A stretch of 64,000 nt of DNA from an uncultured Chlorobiaceae bacterium (GCA_903869365.1 CAIPYV010000009.1:1042-65041), one strand, 5' to 3'; counted from the stretch's first letter, positions 54,069-63,399 are shown. Translations and numbers: made by a program. The notes: a model not told the origin generated them from the letters alone.

Positions 54069-55478
54069 ATGGGAAAAACCGTTAGGGACGAATCCACCGC
54101 AAGCGCCTACTGGGCCGCTGTCAATACCTTTTGTTCACTGAAGGACGTGCACGTCATTGCTGATGCTCCTGTCGGCTGCTACAATCTTGTAGGTGTTGCC
54201 GTCATAGACTATACCGATGCAGTTCCCTACCTTGAAAACTTTACGCCGACAAGCCTGACCGAAAAGGAGATCGCCTCTTCAGGCAGTTCTGAAATTGTCC
54301 GAGAGACCATTGAAAAACTTCAGGCACCGGGACGGCAGCTGATTCTGGTATCAAGTGCCGAGAGTGAGATGATAGGGAGCGACCATGAGCGAATGCTGAA
54401 CATGAAATACCCTGACATCAGATTTTTTCCATCGAACTCACTCGGTGAAAATGAATGGCAAGGGCGAGACCGCGCGCTGCAGTGGCTGTATCAACAATTC
54501 GATGATCATAAACCTGCTGCCGTAGAGCCCTGTTCTGTAAGCATTATCGGCCCTACTTACGGCTGCTTCAACACTCCCTCAGATCTGGCCGAACTCAAGC
54601 GCCTGATTGCAGGGGTTGGCGGGAACCTCCGTCATGTCTATCCCTATGAAAGCTCACTGCATGATATCGCCGACCTTAAAAACTCCGAGGTCATTGTCGT
54701 CATGTACCATGAATTCGGCAGTACCCTGGCCGGATTACTGAAGAGACCGGTGCTGCAAGCTCCTTTCGGCATGGATGAAACAAAGAATTTTATTCTGGAG
54801 CTTGGGCGACTGCTGAACAAATATGAAGCGGCGGAGGCATTTCTTAAAGAAGAAAAACGCACCACACTCAAACCAATATGGGATCTCTGGCGGGGGCCCC
54901 AGGCTGAATGGTTTCCAACAATACGATTCGGAGTAACCGCCGCAAAAACCTATGCCCTCGGATTGAACACCTTTCTTGCCGGGGAGATGGGAATGCTCTG
55001 CATGTTCAGCCACGACTCGGCAGAGGCCGACAACACCCTGATCCGTGATGAGATTCAGCAGAAACAACCGCAGTTCCTCTTTGGCAGAATTGTCGATAAA
55101 ATCTATCTGGCCGAAATTGATTCCAAAACACGATTTATCCCGGCAGGGTTTCCCGGCCCGATCGTCCGCAGAGCTCTCGGTACGCCCTTCATGGGTCATA
55201 GCGGCGCAGTCTATCTCCTCCAGGAAATTGTCAATGCACTCTACGACATGCTGTTCAACTTTCTGCCTCTCAACCGTCGCGGCCTGTCCGGAGAAGACAC
55301 CGCTGGTAAAGTTTCCTGGAGTACTGAAGCCAATGCCCTTTTGAACGAAATAGTTAAAAAAGCACCATTTATCAGCCAGATCTCTTTTGGACGCGAACTG
55401 AAAAGAAAAGCCGAACAGTTGACCTTAAAACAGGGTAAGGATACCGTATCCCCTGATATCATACGAATGATCAATTGA
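54069..55478 (+). CDS. bchZ: Chlorophyllide a oxidoreductase subunit Z
   Basis: Nitrogenase-like fold (DAPVGCY, IIGPTYGCFN, GTPFMGHSGA) with a C-terminal PCP-red-like tail; recognised as the Chlorobi BchZ type. Confidence 0.85.
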   Translation: MGKTVRDESTASAYWAAVNTFCSLKDVHVIADAPVGCYNLVGVAVIDYTDAVPYLENFTPTSLTEKEIASSGSSEIVRETIEKLQAPGRQLILVSSAESEMIGSDHERMLNMKYPDIRFFPSNSLGENEWQGRDRALQWLYQQFDDHKPAAVEPCSVSIIGPTYGCFNTPSDLAELKRLIAGVGGNLRHVYPYESSLHDIADLKNSEVIVVMYHEFGSTLAGLLKRPVLQAPFGMDETKNFILELGRLLNKYEAAEAFLKEEKRTTLKPIWDLWRGPQAEWFPTIRFGVTAAKTYALGLNTFLAGEMGMLCMFSHDSAEADNTLIRDEIQQKQPQFLFGRIVDKIYLAEIDSKTRFIPAGFPGPIVRRALGTPFMGHSGAVYLLQEIVNALYDMLFNFLPLNRRGLSGEDTAGKVSWSTEANALLNEIVKKAPFISQISFGRELKRKAEQLTLKQGKDTVSPDIIRMIN

Positions 55479-55663
55479 TTTGGAATAGTTCAATTTTTTA
55501 TGTATAGTCCAAGTCCACTTTCCGGAACCGGGGATAGCATTGTATTATATGCTCAGCCCTCCCGGCCCGGCATTGCTAACGTAAAGAGGCTGTATAAGAT
55601 TTTTCCTGCGAAGATGCTGCAATCGCATCACGCTTTGCATTGAGTGAAACGACAAGAAACAGA

Positions 55664-57637
55664 ATGTCTGAAAATCAGGAACAACTGGCTTTTGTAGCCC
55701 TTACCCTGCCGGACGGGAGAGTTAAATCATTCCCATCAGGCAGTACCGGTCTGGATATTGCACTTTCTATTGGACGCAAACTTGCCCAGGATTCGCTGGC
55801 ACTGAAGATTAACGGAACACTTGTTGATCTCACCACGCCACTGACCGCTGATGCTGCGATTGAAATCATTACCTTTGATTCCACTGAGGGTAAAGACATT
55901 TTCTGGCACAGCTCAAGCCATATTATGGCCCAGGCAATTGAAGAACTTTTTCCAGGCAGCAAATTCGGTGCCGGCCCATCAATAGAGCAGGGGTTCTATT
56001 ATGATGTTGCCTCCGACCACCGGTTCAGGGAAGAGGATCTCCGCACGATTGAAGCAAAAATGCTGGAGATCAGCAAGCGCGATATACTCATTCAACGGGA
56101 AGAACTGGCCCGTACAGCAGCCATCGACTTTTTCAAGCAGAGGAGAAACGATCCTTATAAGGTTGAAATTCTTGAAGATACCTTGAAAAACGTCGACACT
56201 GTTTCTCTCTATCATCAGAACGGTTTTACCGACCTGTGCATCGGTCCGCATCTGCCGTCCACATCGAAACTCAAGGCAGTTCTCCTGACCAATATCTCCT
56301 CGTCCTACTGGCGCGGCGATTCATCACGGGAGAACATGCAGCGCATCTATGGCATTACCTTTCCTTCTGACAAGCTGCTGAAAGAGTATGTCGCACGTCT
56401 TGAAGAGGCCAAACGCAGAGATCACCGGAAGCTCGGAGCTGAGTTAGAACTCTTTATGCTCACTCCGGAGGTTGGAAGCGGTCTTCCGATCTGGCTGCCA
56501 AACGGCGCCATTATCCGCAATGAACTTGAATCCTTTTTAAAAGAGGAACAGCGCAAGCGTGGCTACCTGCCAGTCTATACTCCACATATCGGCAATATTG
56601 AACTTTACAAGCGTTCAGGCCACTATCCGTATTACAGTGATTCCCAGTTTCCGCCTCTGACCTATCATGATGAGGATGGCAAGCAGGAGCAGTATCTTCT
56701 TAAGCCGATGAACTGCCCGCACCATCACCTCATCTACAGCTCCAAAATGCGCAGTTACCGCGATCTGCCGATCCGACTGACTGAGTTTGGAACGGTCTAC
56801 AGGCACGAGCAGTCAGGAGAACTCAACGGCCTTGTGCGTGCCCGTGGCTTTACCCAGGATGACTCGCACATTTACTGCCGTCCAGACCAGCTTGTCGATG
56901 AGATCTGTAGCGCTATCGACCTGACTCAGTTTGTTTTTGGCACACTTGGCTTTTCTGATGTACACACACGCCTCTCCATGCATGATCCTGCCAATCAGGC
57001 CAAATACGGCGGGACAGAAGAGGTATGGGAACAGGCGGAAAAGGATGTCAAAGAGGCCGCTGACCGTATGGGTATTGAATATTATATCGGCGTCGGCGAA
57101 GCAAGCTTCTACGGCCCGAAAATAGACTTTATCGTGCGTGACGCTTTGGGCAGAAAATGGCAGCTCGGTACCGTTCAGGTTGATTATGTCATGCCTGAGC
57201 GCTTTGATCTCACCTATATCGGAAGCGACGGACAAAAACATCGCCCTGTTGTCATTCACCGGGCACCTTTCGGTTCCATGGAGCGATTTATCGGGGTACT
57301 CATTGAGCATACTGCCGGTAATTTCCCGCTATGGCTTGCACCGCTTCAGGCTGTTGTCCTGCCGATTGCCGAAGATGTTCATGACTATGCAAAAACTGTA
57401 CACCAGGCCCTCCATGCGGCAGGAATCCGATGCGAACTTGACACCAGAAGTGAAAAAATCGGAAAGAAAATACGCGATGCCGAAATAGGCAAGGTACCCT
57501 GTATGATCGTTATCGGCCAGAAAGAGCAGGAAAGCGGCGAGGTTTCGCTGCGCCGTCATCGCATTGGTGATGAAGGGCGCTTCAGCGTAAGCGGACTTAT
57601 CGAAAAGCTCCTGAAAGAGATTACCGGAAGAACCTGA
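55664..57637 (+). CDS. thrS: Threonyl-tRNA synthetase (start MSENQ)
   Basis: TGS domain; WHSSSH; RDHRKLG; KPMNCP; RARGFTQDD; WQLGTVQVD. Confidence 0.99.
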   Translation: MSENQEQLAFVALTLPDGRVKSFPSGSTGLDIALSIGRKLAQDSLALKINGTLVDLTTPLTADAAIEIITFDSTEGKDIFWHSSSHIMAQAIEELFPGSKFGAGPSIEQGFYYDVASDHRFREEDLRTIEAKMLEISKRDILIQREELARTAAIDFFKQRRNDPYKVEILEDTLKNVDTVSLYHQNGFTDLCIGPHLPSTSKLKAVLLTNISSSYWRGDSSRENMQRIYGITFPSDKLLKEYVARLEEAKRRDHRKLGAELELFMLTPEVGSGLPIWLPNGAIIRNELESFLKEEQRKRGYLPVYTPHIGNIELYKRSGHYPYYSDSQFPPLTYHDEDGKQEQYLLKPMNCPHHHLIYSSKMRSYRDLPIRLTEFGTVYRHEQSGELNGLVRARGFTQDDSHIYCRPDQLVDEICSAIDLTQFVFGTLGFSDVHTRLSMHDPANQAKYGGTEEVWEQAEKDVKEAADRMGIEYYIGVGEASFYGPKIDFIVRDALGRKWQLGTVQVDYVMPERFDLTYIGSDGQKHRPVVIHRAPFGSMERFIGVLIEHTAGNFPLWLAPLQAVVLPIAEDVHDYAKTVHQALHAAGIRCELDTRSEKIGKKIRDAEIGKVPCMIVIGQKEQESGEVSLRRHRIGDEGRFSVSGLIEKLLKEITGRT

Positions 57638-57660
57638 TTATCTAAAACAAACCTGAACGC

Positions 57661-58302
57661 ATGAAGAAACAGAAGGTTACGACTCAAAAGCCAAAACTTA
57701 CCTATCGGGTCAATGAACAGATCCGTGTTCCGGAAGTACGAATTATCTTTCCGGACGGAACACAGGAGGTGATGAAAACCATTGATGCAAAGCGTGTAGC
57801 CGAAGAGCGGAATCAAGACCTTATCGAAGTACAGCCAAACGCCGAACCACCGGTTTGTAAATTTGACAACCTCGGCAGGCTGCTCTATAAAATGGACAAA
57901 AGGGACAAGGATCTCAAGAAAAAGCAGAAAACAACCACCCTTAAGGAGCTGCGGTTTCATCCGAATACCGACAAGCATGATTTTGATTTCAAGAGTGCTC
58001 ATCTTGAAGAGTTTCTACGCAAGGGAAACAGGGTTCGCGCAACGATTGTCTTCCTGGGCCGCTCAATCATCTATAAGGATAAAGGACTTGAGCTTGCCGA
58101 ACGCTTGACCGAGCGCCTCAGCATTGTCAGCAATCGTGATGGTGATCCGAAATTTGAGGGAAAGAAACTGTTTGTCTATTTCGAGCCCGACAAGAAAAAA
58201 ATAGATGCCTACGAGCGTATTAAAGCAAAAACAAGCACTCCGCTGTCGTCTGAACCAAGTAAACCGTCGAAACCGACTGAGCAGGCAGAACCGGCTGAGT
58301 AA
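57661..58302 (+). CDS. infC: Translation initiation factor IF-3 with a low-complexity C-terminal tail
   Basis: [19 protein letters not shown] and KELRFHP motifs. Confidence 0.97.
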   Translation: MKKQKVTTQKPKLTYRVNEQIRVPEVRIIFPDGTQEVMKTIDAKRVAEERNQDLIEVQPNAEPPVCKFDNLGRLLYKMDKRDKDLKKKQKTTTLKELRFHPNTDKHDFDFKSAHLEEFLRKGNRVRATIVFLGRSIIYKDKGLELAERLTERLSIVSNRDGDPKFEGKKLFVYFEPDKKKIDAYERIKAKTSTPLSSEPSKPSKPTEQAEPAE

Positions 58303-58347
58303 GCAAGAATATTTGAACATTTTTATATAAAACAATCAAGGACGATC

Positions 58348-58542
58348 ATGCCTAAAATGAAATCCCACCGCGGAGCATGCAAACGGTTCAAAACCACTGC
58401 CTCCGGAAAAATCAAGCGTGAACGAATGAACGGATCACACAACCTCGAGCACAAAAACAGAAAACGCACACGCCGTCTGCATCAGGCAACACTGCTTGAA
58501 GGTAAAAAAGCAAAGCAGATCAAGCGGATGATCCTGGCATAA
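58348..58542 (+). CDS. rpmI: 50S ribosomal protein L35
   Basis: MPKMKSHRGACKRFK motif. Confidence 0.98.
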   Translation: MPKMKSHRGACKRFKTTASGKIKRERMNGSHNLEHKNRKRTRRLHQATLLEGKKAKQIKRMILA

Positions 58543-58568
58543 ATTTTTAACATTAACTCTACACAACG

Positions 58569-58916
58569 ATGCCTAAATCAAATAATGCCGTAGCCTCAAA
58601 AGCACGGAGAAAAAGGATTTTAAAAAAGGCCAAGGGATTCTGGGGATCTCGTGGTAATATTCTGACCGTCGTAAAGCACGCCGTCGATAAAGCAGAGCAG
58701 TACGCCTACCGTGACCGCAGGGTTAAAAAACGTACCTTCCGGGCACTCTGGATCATGCGTATCAATGCTGCTGCGCGCCTGAACGACACCACCTACTCCA
58801 AGCTTATCAATGCCATGCTGAAGAAGAATCTCGAAATAGATCGCAAGGCTCTTGCTGAAATAGCTGTGAAGGATCCTGCAGCATTTACCCAGATCGTCAA
58901 AGCCGTCATCGAATAA
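58569..58916 (+). CDS. rplT: 50S ribosomal protein L20
   Basis: [25 protein letters not shown] motif. Confidence 0.98.
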   Translation: MPKSNNAVASKARRKRILKKAKGFWGSRGNILTVVKHAVDKAEQYAYRDRRVKKRTFRALWIMRINAAARLNDTTYSKLINAMLKKNLEIDRKALAEIAVKDPAAFTQIVKAVIE

Positions 58917-58933
58917 GAATTACACCTGTATCA

Positions 58934-59959
58934 ATGGAAAACACCATTCGCAGTTTACAGCAGGAGATCATTGATTTTGAGATTAACACTCCGGAAGATC
59001 TTGAAACCTTCCGCCTTCGGTATACGGTTAGAAAAGGGCTCATAGCCGCCCTGTTCGGCCAGCTCAAGTCAGTTGAACCTGCTGAAAAACCGCGGATCGG
59101 CCAGCTGCTCAACGAACTCAAGCAATCGGCTGACACCAGAATCAGCGAAGCAGAAGAAAAGCTTGCCGCGACTGCAAGTGAGAGCAGCAAAGGGATTGAC
59201 CTGACACTGCCGGGACGTCGTTATTTTACCGGCAGTGAGCACCCTGTGCAGAAAGTACTTGGCGAGATGAAGAAGATTTTTTCGGACATGGGCTTCGGTA
59301 TTGCTACCGGTCCGGAAGTTGAACTCGACCACTTCAACTTCGACATGCTCAACTTTCCACCCGACCATCCTGCCCGCGACATGCAGGACACCTTTTTCAT
59401 TACCAATGGAAACACCGAGTCGGATGTGCTCCTCAGAACGCATACATCACCGGTGCAGGTCAGGGTCATGCTCGACCAGAAACCTCCCATACGGGTCATC
59501 TGTCCCGGGAAGGTCTATCGGAACGAAGCAATCAGCGCCCGAAGTTACTGCGTGTTTCACCAGCTTGAAGGACTCTATATCGATAAAAATGTTTCATTTG
59601 CCGACCTGAAGGCTACCATCTATTCATTTGCCCGACAGATGTTCGGCACCGACGTCAAACTCCGGTTCCGACCAAGCTTTTTCCCTTTTACCGAACCTTC
59701 AGCTGAAGTCGATGTCACCTGCTACCTCTGCGGCGGCAAGGGATGCCGTGTCTGTAAAAAATCAGGCTGGCTCGAAATCATGGGCTGCGGCATGGTACAC
59801 CCCAACGTCATGCGCAACTGCGGGATAGACCCCGAAACCTGGTCTGGCTACGCCTTCGGTATGGGAGTTGACCGTACGGTACTGCTGCGATACAAGATTG
59901 ACGATATCAGGCTGCTGTTCGAAAATGATTTGCGGATGTTGAAGCAGTTTACTGCGTAA
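58934..59959 (+). CDS. pheS: Phenylalanyl-tRNA synthetase alpha subunit
   Basis: [26 protein letters not shown] and AFGMGVDR motifs. Confidence 0.99.
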   Translation: MENTIRSLQQEIIDFEINTPEDLETFRLRYTVRKGLIAALFGQLKSVEPAEKPRIGQLLNELKQSADTRISEAEEKLAATASESSKGIDLTLPGRRYFTGSEHPVQKVLGEMKKIFSDMGFGIATGPEVELDHFNFDMLNFPPDHPARDMQDTFFITNGNTESDVLLRTHTSPVQVRVMLDQKPPIRVICPGKVYRNEAISARSYCVFHQLEGLYIDKNVSFADLKATIYSFARQMFGTDVKLRFRPSFFPFTEPSAEVDVTCYLCGGKGCRVCKKSGWLEIMGCGMVHPNVMRNCGIDPETWSGYAFGMGVDRTVLLRYKIDDIRLLFENDLRMLKQFTA

Positions 59960-60036
59960 GAGTTCGCATCATTTGTTTTTACGATGGCGGCATCTATCTG
60001 CACAAGTTTTTCCAAGAGAGATGCTTTGTCATACAT
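59960..60036 (-). pseudogene. Truncated HEPN/DUF86 toxin remnant (MYDKASLLEKLVQIDAAIVK...)
   Basis: ATG 60036 overlaps the MNT stop (ATGTATGA), the usual MNT-HEPN coupling; the N-terminus resembles DUF86 starts; the frame enters pheS antisense after about 25 codons; no RxxxxH motif. Confidence 0.6.
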
Positions 60037-60316
60037 AACGAGCCTCACGATCAATGCATGCCTTGAGGTAAGGGTTCATTCTTTTCCAATACCTGATCAG
60101 GTCAACTTTGCTGCCAAGCAATTGCTCCAGTTCTTCCTTAAATTGAACCTTTAGCAAGATATTCGGCTCCATTTCAACAACAATATCAATATCGCTGTCA
60201 TCTTTGGCAGAATTTCTGGCAACGGATCCAAAGATACCGACTTTTTGCAAACGATAACGTTGTTCAAGATCTATTTTATGACTACTCAGAATGCTGAGTG
60301 CTTGATCTCGCTGCAT
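60029..60316 (-). CDS. Minimal nucleotidyltransferase (MNT/MntA-type antitoxin)
   Basis: GIFGSVARNSAKDDSDIDIVVE (GS..DxD) and LLGSKVDLI motifs; 95 aa. Confidence 0.92.
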   Translation of the reverse strand: MQRDQALSILSSHKIDLEQRYRLQKVGIFGSVARNSAKDDSDIDIVVEMEPNILLKVQFKEELEQLLGSKVDLIRYWKRMNPYLKACIDREARYV

Positions 60317-60454
60317 GGTTCACTGTCAATACCTGTTGATTATTATCCATATTATTTTTAGAATATAAACATAGATATCGAAAAATCTGGTATGTGCATG
60401 GCCGGACAGGTGAACAGAACAACACCAACTTCAATAAACAGAGGAGGCAGAACA

Positions 60455-60808
60455 ATGGATACCCGACAATTGATTGAGAAATATCACCATGCCTGGACAA
60501 ACGGCGATTTTGTTACAGCGCGCGCCTGTCTTGCTGATAACCTTGATTTCCGTGGCAGTATTGATACCTTTTCGAAGGCAGACGATTTCATTGCAGCTCT
60601 GACACACTTCAAGCAGATGTTAACCAGCGTAACCATACTGAACAGCTTCTATGATAGCCACGGTGCCGCTCTGCTCTACGACTGCGATTCTGCAAGTCCG
60701 GCTGGTATCATTCGCACAGCCGAGTTTTTTACCGTGTCTGACCAAAAGATTGCTGCAATCCGCCTGGTTTTTGATGCCACTGAATTGCGAAAATTAATGC
60801 CTGCATAA
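60455..60808 (+). CDS. SnoaL-like/NTF2-fold protein (start MDTRQ)
   Basis: GAGGAGG SD; YHHAWTNGD...LADNLDFRG; EFFTVSDQKIAAIRLVFD. Confidence 0.8.
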   Translation: MDTRQLIEKYHHAWTNGDFVTARACLADNLDFRGSIDTFSKADDFIAALTHFKQMLTSVTILNSFYDSHGAALLYDCDSASPAGIIRTAEFFTVSDQKIAAIRLVFDATELRKLMPA

Positions 60809-60924
60809 GGGAGAACTTAACTTTTCCGTTCACCATCTCCATTACTTGTTGTTCTTGATGCCGTACATGGTTACCTTAAATTTTAACACAGCTTCTTATC
60901 CCATAAATAAAAACATATTATCCT

Positions 60925-61149
60925 ATGGCAAACAACAATGGTGTCTTTTCCGATCTCTTCAATGCGGTCGGCACTCCGGTACAGAATGTAGCTGATACCG
61001 TGTGTAACGGCATTGATTCAGCTGGTTCGATTCTCGGATCCGGCATTAATCTCTATACAACAATCTTAAGCAGCACTGCAAACGCAGGCATTCAGCTCAT
61101 CCAGGGTGTTCTAACCGGCATCACATCAGCCATCACCCCGAAAAAGTAA
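60925..61149 (+). CDS. csmF: Chlorosome envelope protein, CsmB/CsmF family (CsmF-like)
   Basis: 74 aa; N-terminal GVFSDLFNAVG and C-terminal ITSAITPKK match my recollection of the CsmF/CsmB termini; amphipathic and rich in Ala/Gly/Thr. Confidence 0.65.
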   Translation: MANNNGVFSDLFNAVGTPVQNVADTVCNGIDSAGSILGSGINLYTTILSSTANAGIQLIQGVLTGITSAITPKK

Positions 61150-61167
61150 ACACCAGCTTCCCTGATT

Positions 61168-61202
61168 AAAGCACCCTTCCATACTCGGCGCAAGGGTGCT
61201 TT
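61168..61202 (+). terminator. Terminator after the csmF-like gene
   Basis: AAAGCACCCTT / AAGGGTGCTTT 11-bp stem with a 13-nt loop. Confidence 0.75.
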
Positions 61203-61263
61203 ACTGGTATCCGCCTCAAGCATCTCAGCGCTGTTATTGTCATTTAGACATGGAGTTTTTTAC

Positions 61264-61283
61264 ATTGAGTAAAATTACTCAAT
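61264..61283. promoter_or_regulatory. Perfect inverted repeat (operator-like) upstream of the AAA-DUF4143 gene
   Basis: ATTGAGTAA-AA-TTACTCAAT, ending 18 nt before ATG 61302. Confidence 0.55.
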
Positions 61284-61301
61284 ACACTGAGCATATTTGT
61301 C

Positions 61302-62489
61302 ATGCTGATAGAAAGAGCACAAAAATCGCTCCTGACAAAGCGAATCGAATCTGAACCTCGGCAATTCATTCAGGTTCTTTACGGCCCCCGTCAAGTAGGC
61401 AAAACCACAGTTGCGCAGCAGTTTATGCAAGCGACTTCCCTTCCGACCCATTTCGCCTCGGCTGACCTCGTTGGCGCCGGACAATCCAGTTGGATAAGTC
61501 AGCAATGGGAAGCTGCCCGGATTAAACTCCTGAAGTCTGAACAGCAGGAGAGCGTGCTTATCATTGACGAGATTCAAAAAATCAGCAACTGGAGTGAAAC
61601 AGTTAAAAAAGAGTGGGATGCTGACTCAGTCAATCAAAAAAACCTCAAGGTTATTCTTTTGGGTTCATCCCGATTGTTAATCCAGCAAGGACTTACAGAA
61701 TCACTTGCAGGCAGATTTGAAACAATCTACCTGGGCCACTGGTCATACGGGGAAATGAAACATGCTTTTAACTTTACCCCTGAGCAATACGTCTGGTTTG
61801 GCGGATATCCTGGTGCAGCAACATTGATAGACGATGAAGAGCGATGGGCAAGATACATTGTCGATTCTCTCATCGAAACAAGCATCTCAAAAGATATTCT
61901 GATGCTTACCCGAGTCGACAAACCCTCACTCATGAAACGGCTGTTTGAACTTGGATGCGGCTATTCAGGACAGATTCTTTCCTATACAAAAATTCTTGGT
62001 CAACTGCAGGATGCTGGAAATACAACAACACTGGCGCACTATCTTCATCTGCTTGATACCGCCGGATTATTAGGGGGGCTCGAAAAGTATCATCCCGGGA
62101 ATTTACGATCAAGGGCATCAAGCCCGAAGTTTCAGGTACATAACACCGCACTGATAAGCGCACAGCAGCAGCACACTTTTCACGATATCTCAGAAAATCC
62201 AGAACTGTGGGGCCGATGGGTTGAATCATCAGTTGGCGCTCATCTCATTAATCATACCCGTACTGATGCACTCAAGCTCTATTACTGGCGTCAGGGAAAT
62301 CATGAAGTTGATTTTGTCCTCGAGCACAAAGGGAAAATAATCGGTCTGGAAATCAAAAGCGGTCGATCACAACATGCATCAGGCATGGCTGCATTTTGTA
62401 AAGAATGTAATCCCTACAAAGTTCTTCTTGTCGGCAACTCCGGTATCCCCTGGCAGGAATTCCTTGAACTCAATCCGCTTGAGTTATGA
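61302..62489 (+). CDS. AAA_14 ATPase plus DUF4143 protein with a C-terminal PD-(D/E)xK-like motif
   Basis: Walker A GPRQVGKTT; Walker B LIIDEIQK; LLGSS; ESLAGR; GGYP; EVDFVLEHKGKIIGLEIKSG. Confidence 0.88.
   Translation: MLIERAQKSLLTKRIESEPRQFIQVLYGPRQVGKTTVAQQFMQATSLPTHFASADLVGAGQSSWISQQWEAARIKLLKSEQQESVLIIDEIQKISNWSETVKKEWDADSVNQKNLKVILLGSSRLLIQQGLTESLAGRFETIYLGHWSYGEMKHAFNFTPEQYVWFGGYPGAATLIDDEERWARYIVDSLIETSISKDILMLTRVDKPSLMKRLFELGCGYSGQILSYTKILGQLQDAGNTTTLAHYLHLLDTAGLLGGLEKYHPGNLRSRASSPKFQVHNTALISAQQQHTFHDISENPELWGRWVESSVGAHLINHTRTDALKLYYWRQGNHEVDFVLEHKGKIIGLEIKSGRSQHASGMAAFCKECNPYKVLLVGNSGIPWQEFLELNPLEL
62291..62374 (+). repeat. 84-bp direct repeat, copy 1 (inside the AAA-DUF4143 3' end)
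   Basis: 78/84 identical to 63400-63483 by manual alignment. Confidence 0.92.
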
Positions 62490-62505
62490 ATAACGTCCCG
62501 GACCC

Positions 62506-63009
62506 TTAAGGATCCGTTCGGCGAAGATCTTTGAGCAGAAGAAATAAATGGTATGGGTCTGTCGGGGAGGGAATAAAATTAAAATGCGTGTAAAACTGCC
62601 GCGCCGCATCATCTTTTGCATGGGCTGCAATGGCTCGTATCCCTGCAATATCTGCAGCCTGCATAGTTCGTCGCATAGCATCTTTTAATAGACCAGCACC
62701 TATTCCTCTATTTTGCCAGTCAATACTCACAGCCAAACGCGCCAGCAACATTATGGGAACAGGGTGCCTGGCCAGCCCTTTTGTGAGACGTTGCGGGGAG
62801 TCCTCGAAATTTACCTGACCTACAGCCAGGGTATAGAATCCAGCAATGGCTCGATCTGCCATACCTAAGTAGGTTTGCGATGAAGAGGCCTGCTGGCTTG
62901 TAAGGGCAAAACGGATAAGAAATCTATTGAGCGCCTGGCTACCGCAATCAAAATCATCAAGATTGTGACCGCTGCCAAGCTTTTCTATGGAGAAGTGCGT
63001 GGTCATCAA
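62506..63009 (-). CDS. GNAT toxin (AtaT/TacT type)
   Basis: FDCG..ALN.FL, AGFYTLA, PIMLLARLAV..QNRGIGAGLLKDA and FYTHFNF motifs. Confidence 0.9.
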   Translation of the reverse strand: MMTTHFSIEKLGSGHNLDDFDCGSQALNRFLIRFALTSQQASSSQTYLGMADRAIAGFYTLAVGQVNFEDSPQRLTKGLARHPVPIMLLARLAVSIDWQNRGIGAGLLKDAMRRTMQAADIAGIRAIAAHAKDDAARQFYTHFNFIPSPTDPYHLFLLLKDLRRTDP

Positions 63010-63012
63010 TGG

Positions 63013-63291
63013 TTAATCGTTCTCAAAAATACTTTTTTCCTGAAAAAGCTTCTTGAGTCTGGGCAATTCACGCGGCGAGGCATCCAGTGCCTCCATAAAT
63101 AAGCTCCATTGCGGCCCATCAAGTTGAAATGAACGACGGTCTGCCAAGGTTTCCTCAGCTCGGGAAAGGGCGCTCTCAAGCACAAACTCACTGACGGAGC
63201 GTTGTGCTGCAGCAGCCGCACTTCGAAGCACCTGCTTCGCCTGCTTGGAGAGACGAAGGTCAAGTTTTTCGGTTCTGGTTGTTGTTGCCAT
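63013..63291 (-). CDS. DUF1778 RHH antitoxin (AtaR/TacA type)
   Basis: KLDLRLS..KQVLRSAAA..RSVSEFVLESAL motif; 3 nt upstream of the GNAT gene. Confidence 0.92.
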   Translation of the reverse strand: MATTTRTEKLDLRLSKQAKQVLRSAAAAAQRSVSEFVLESALSRAEETLADRRSFQLDGPQWSLFMEALDASPRELPRLKKLFQEKSIFEND

Positions 63292-63323
63292 AGGTAAAGG
63301 AGTCTTGGTTCTGCTTCTCCGAT

Positions 63324-63355
63324 AATATACAAGAAACGCCAGACATCGTCATGAC
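63324..63355 (-). promoter_or_regulatory. Putative sigma70 promoter of the TA operon, with a palindrome over the -35
   Basis: ATGACG-N17-TATATT on the minus strand; GTCATGAC palindrome at 63348-63355. Confidence 0.35.
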
Positions 63356-63399
63356 AAAAAAATCTCTTCGACAGACTTATGCCCGTAGTATATCCAGCA

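Noticed and set aside
623-59828. Many 60-270 aa ORFs antisense to or overlapping housekeeping genes (e.g. 721-1539, 6533-7294, 12418-13155, 26897-27559, 21289-21954)
   Set aside because: Shadow ORFs on the opposite strand or frame of well-supported genes, with no motifs
50092-59959. gcvPB without gcvPA, bchZ without bchXY, pheS without pheT
   Set aside because: Dispersal of these partner genes is common in Chlorobi; partners are presumably elsewhere and this is not evidence of loss
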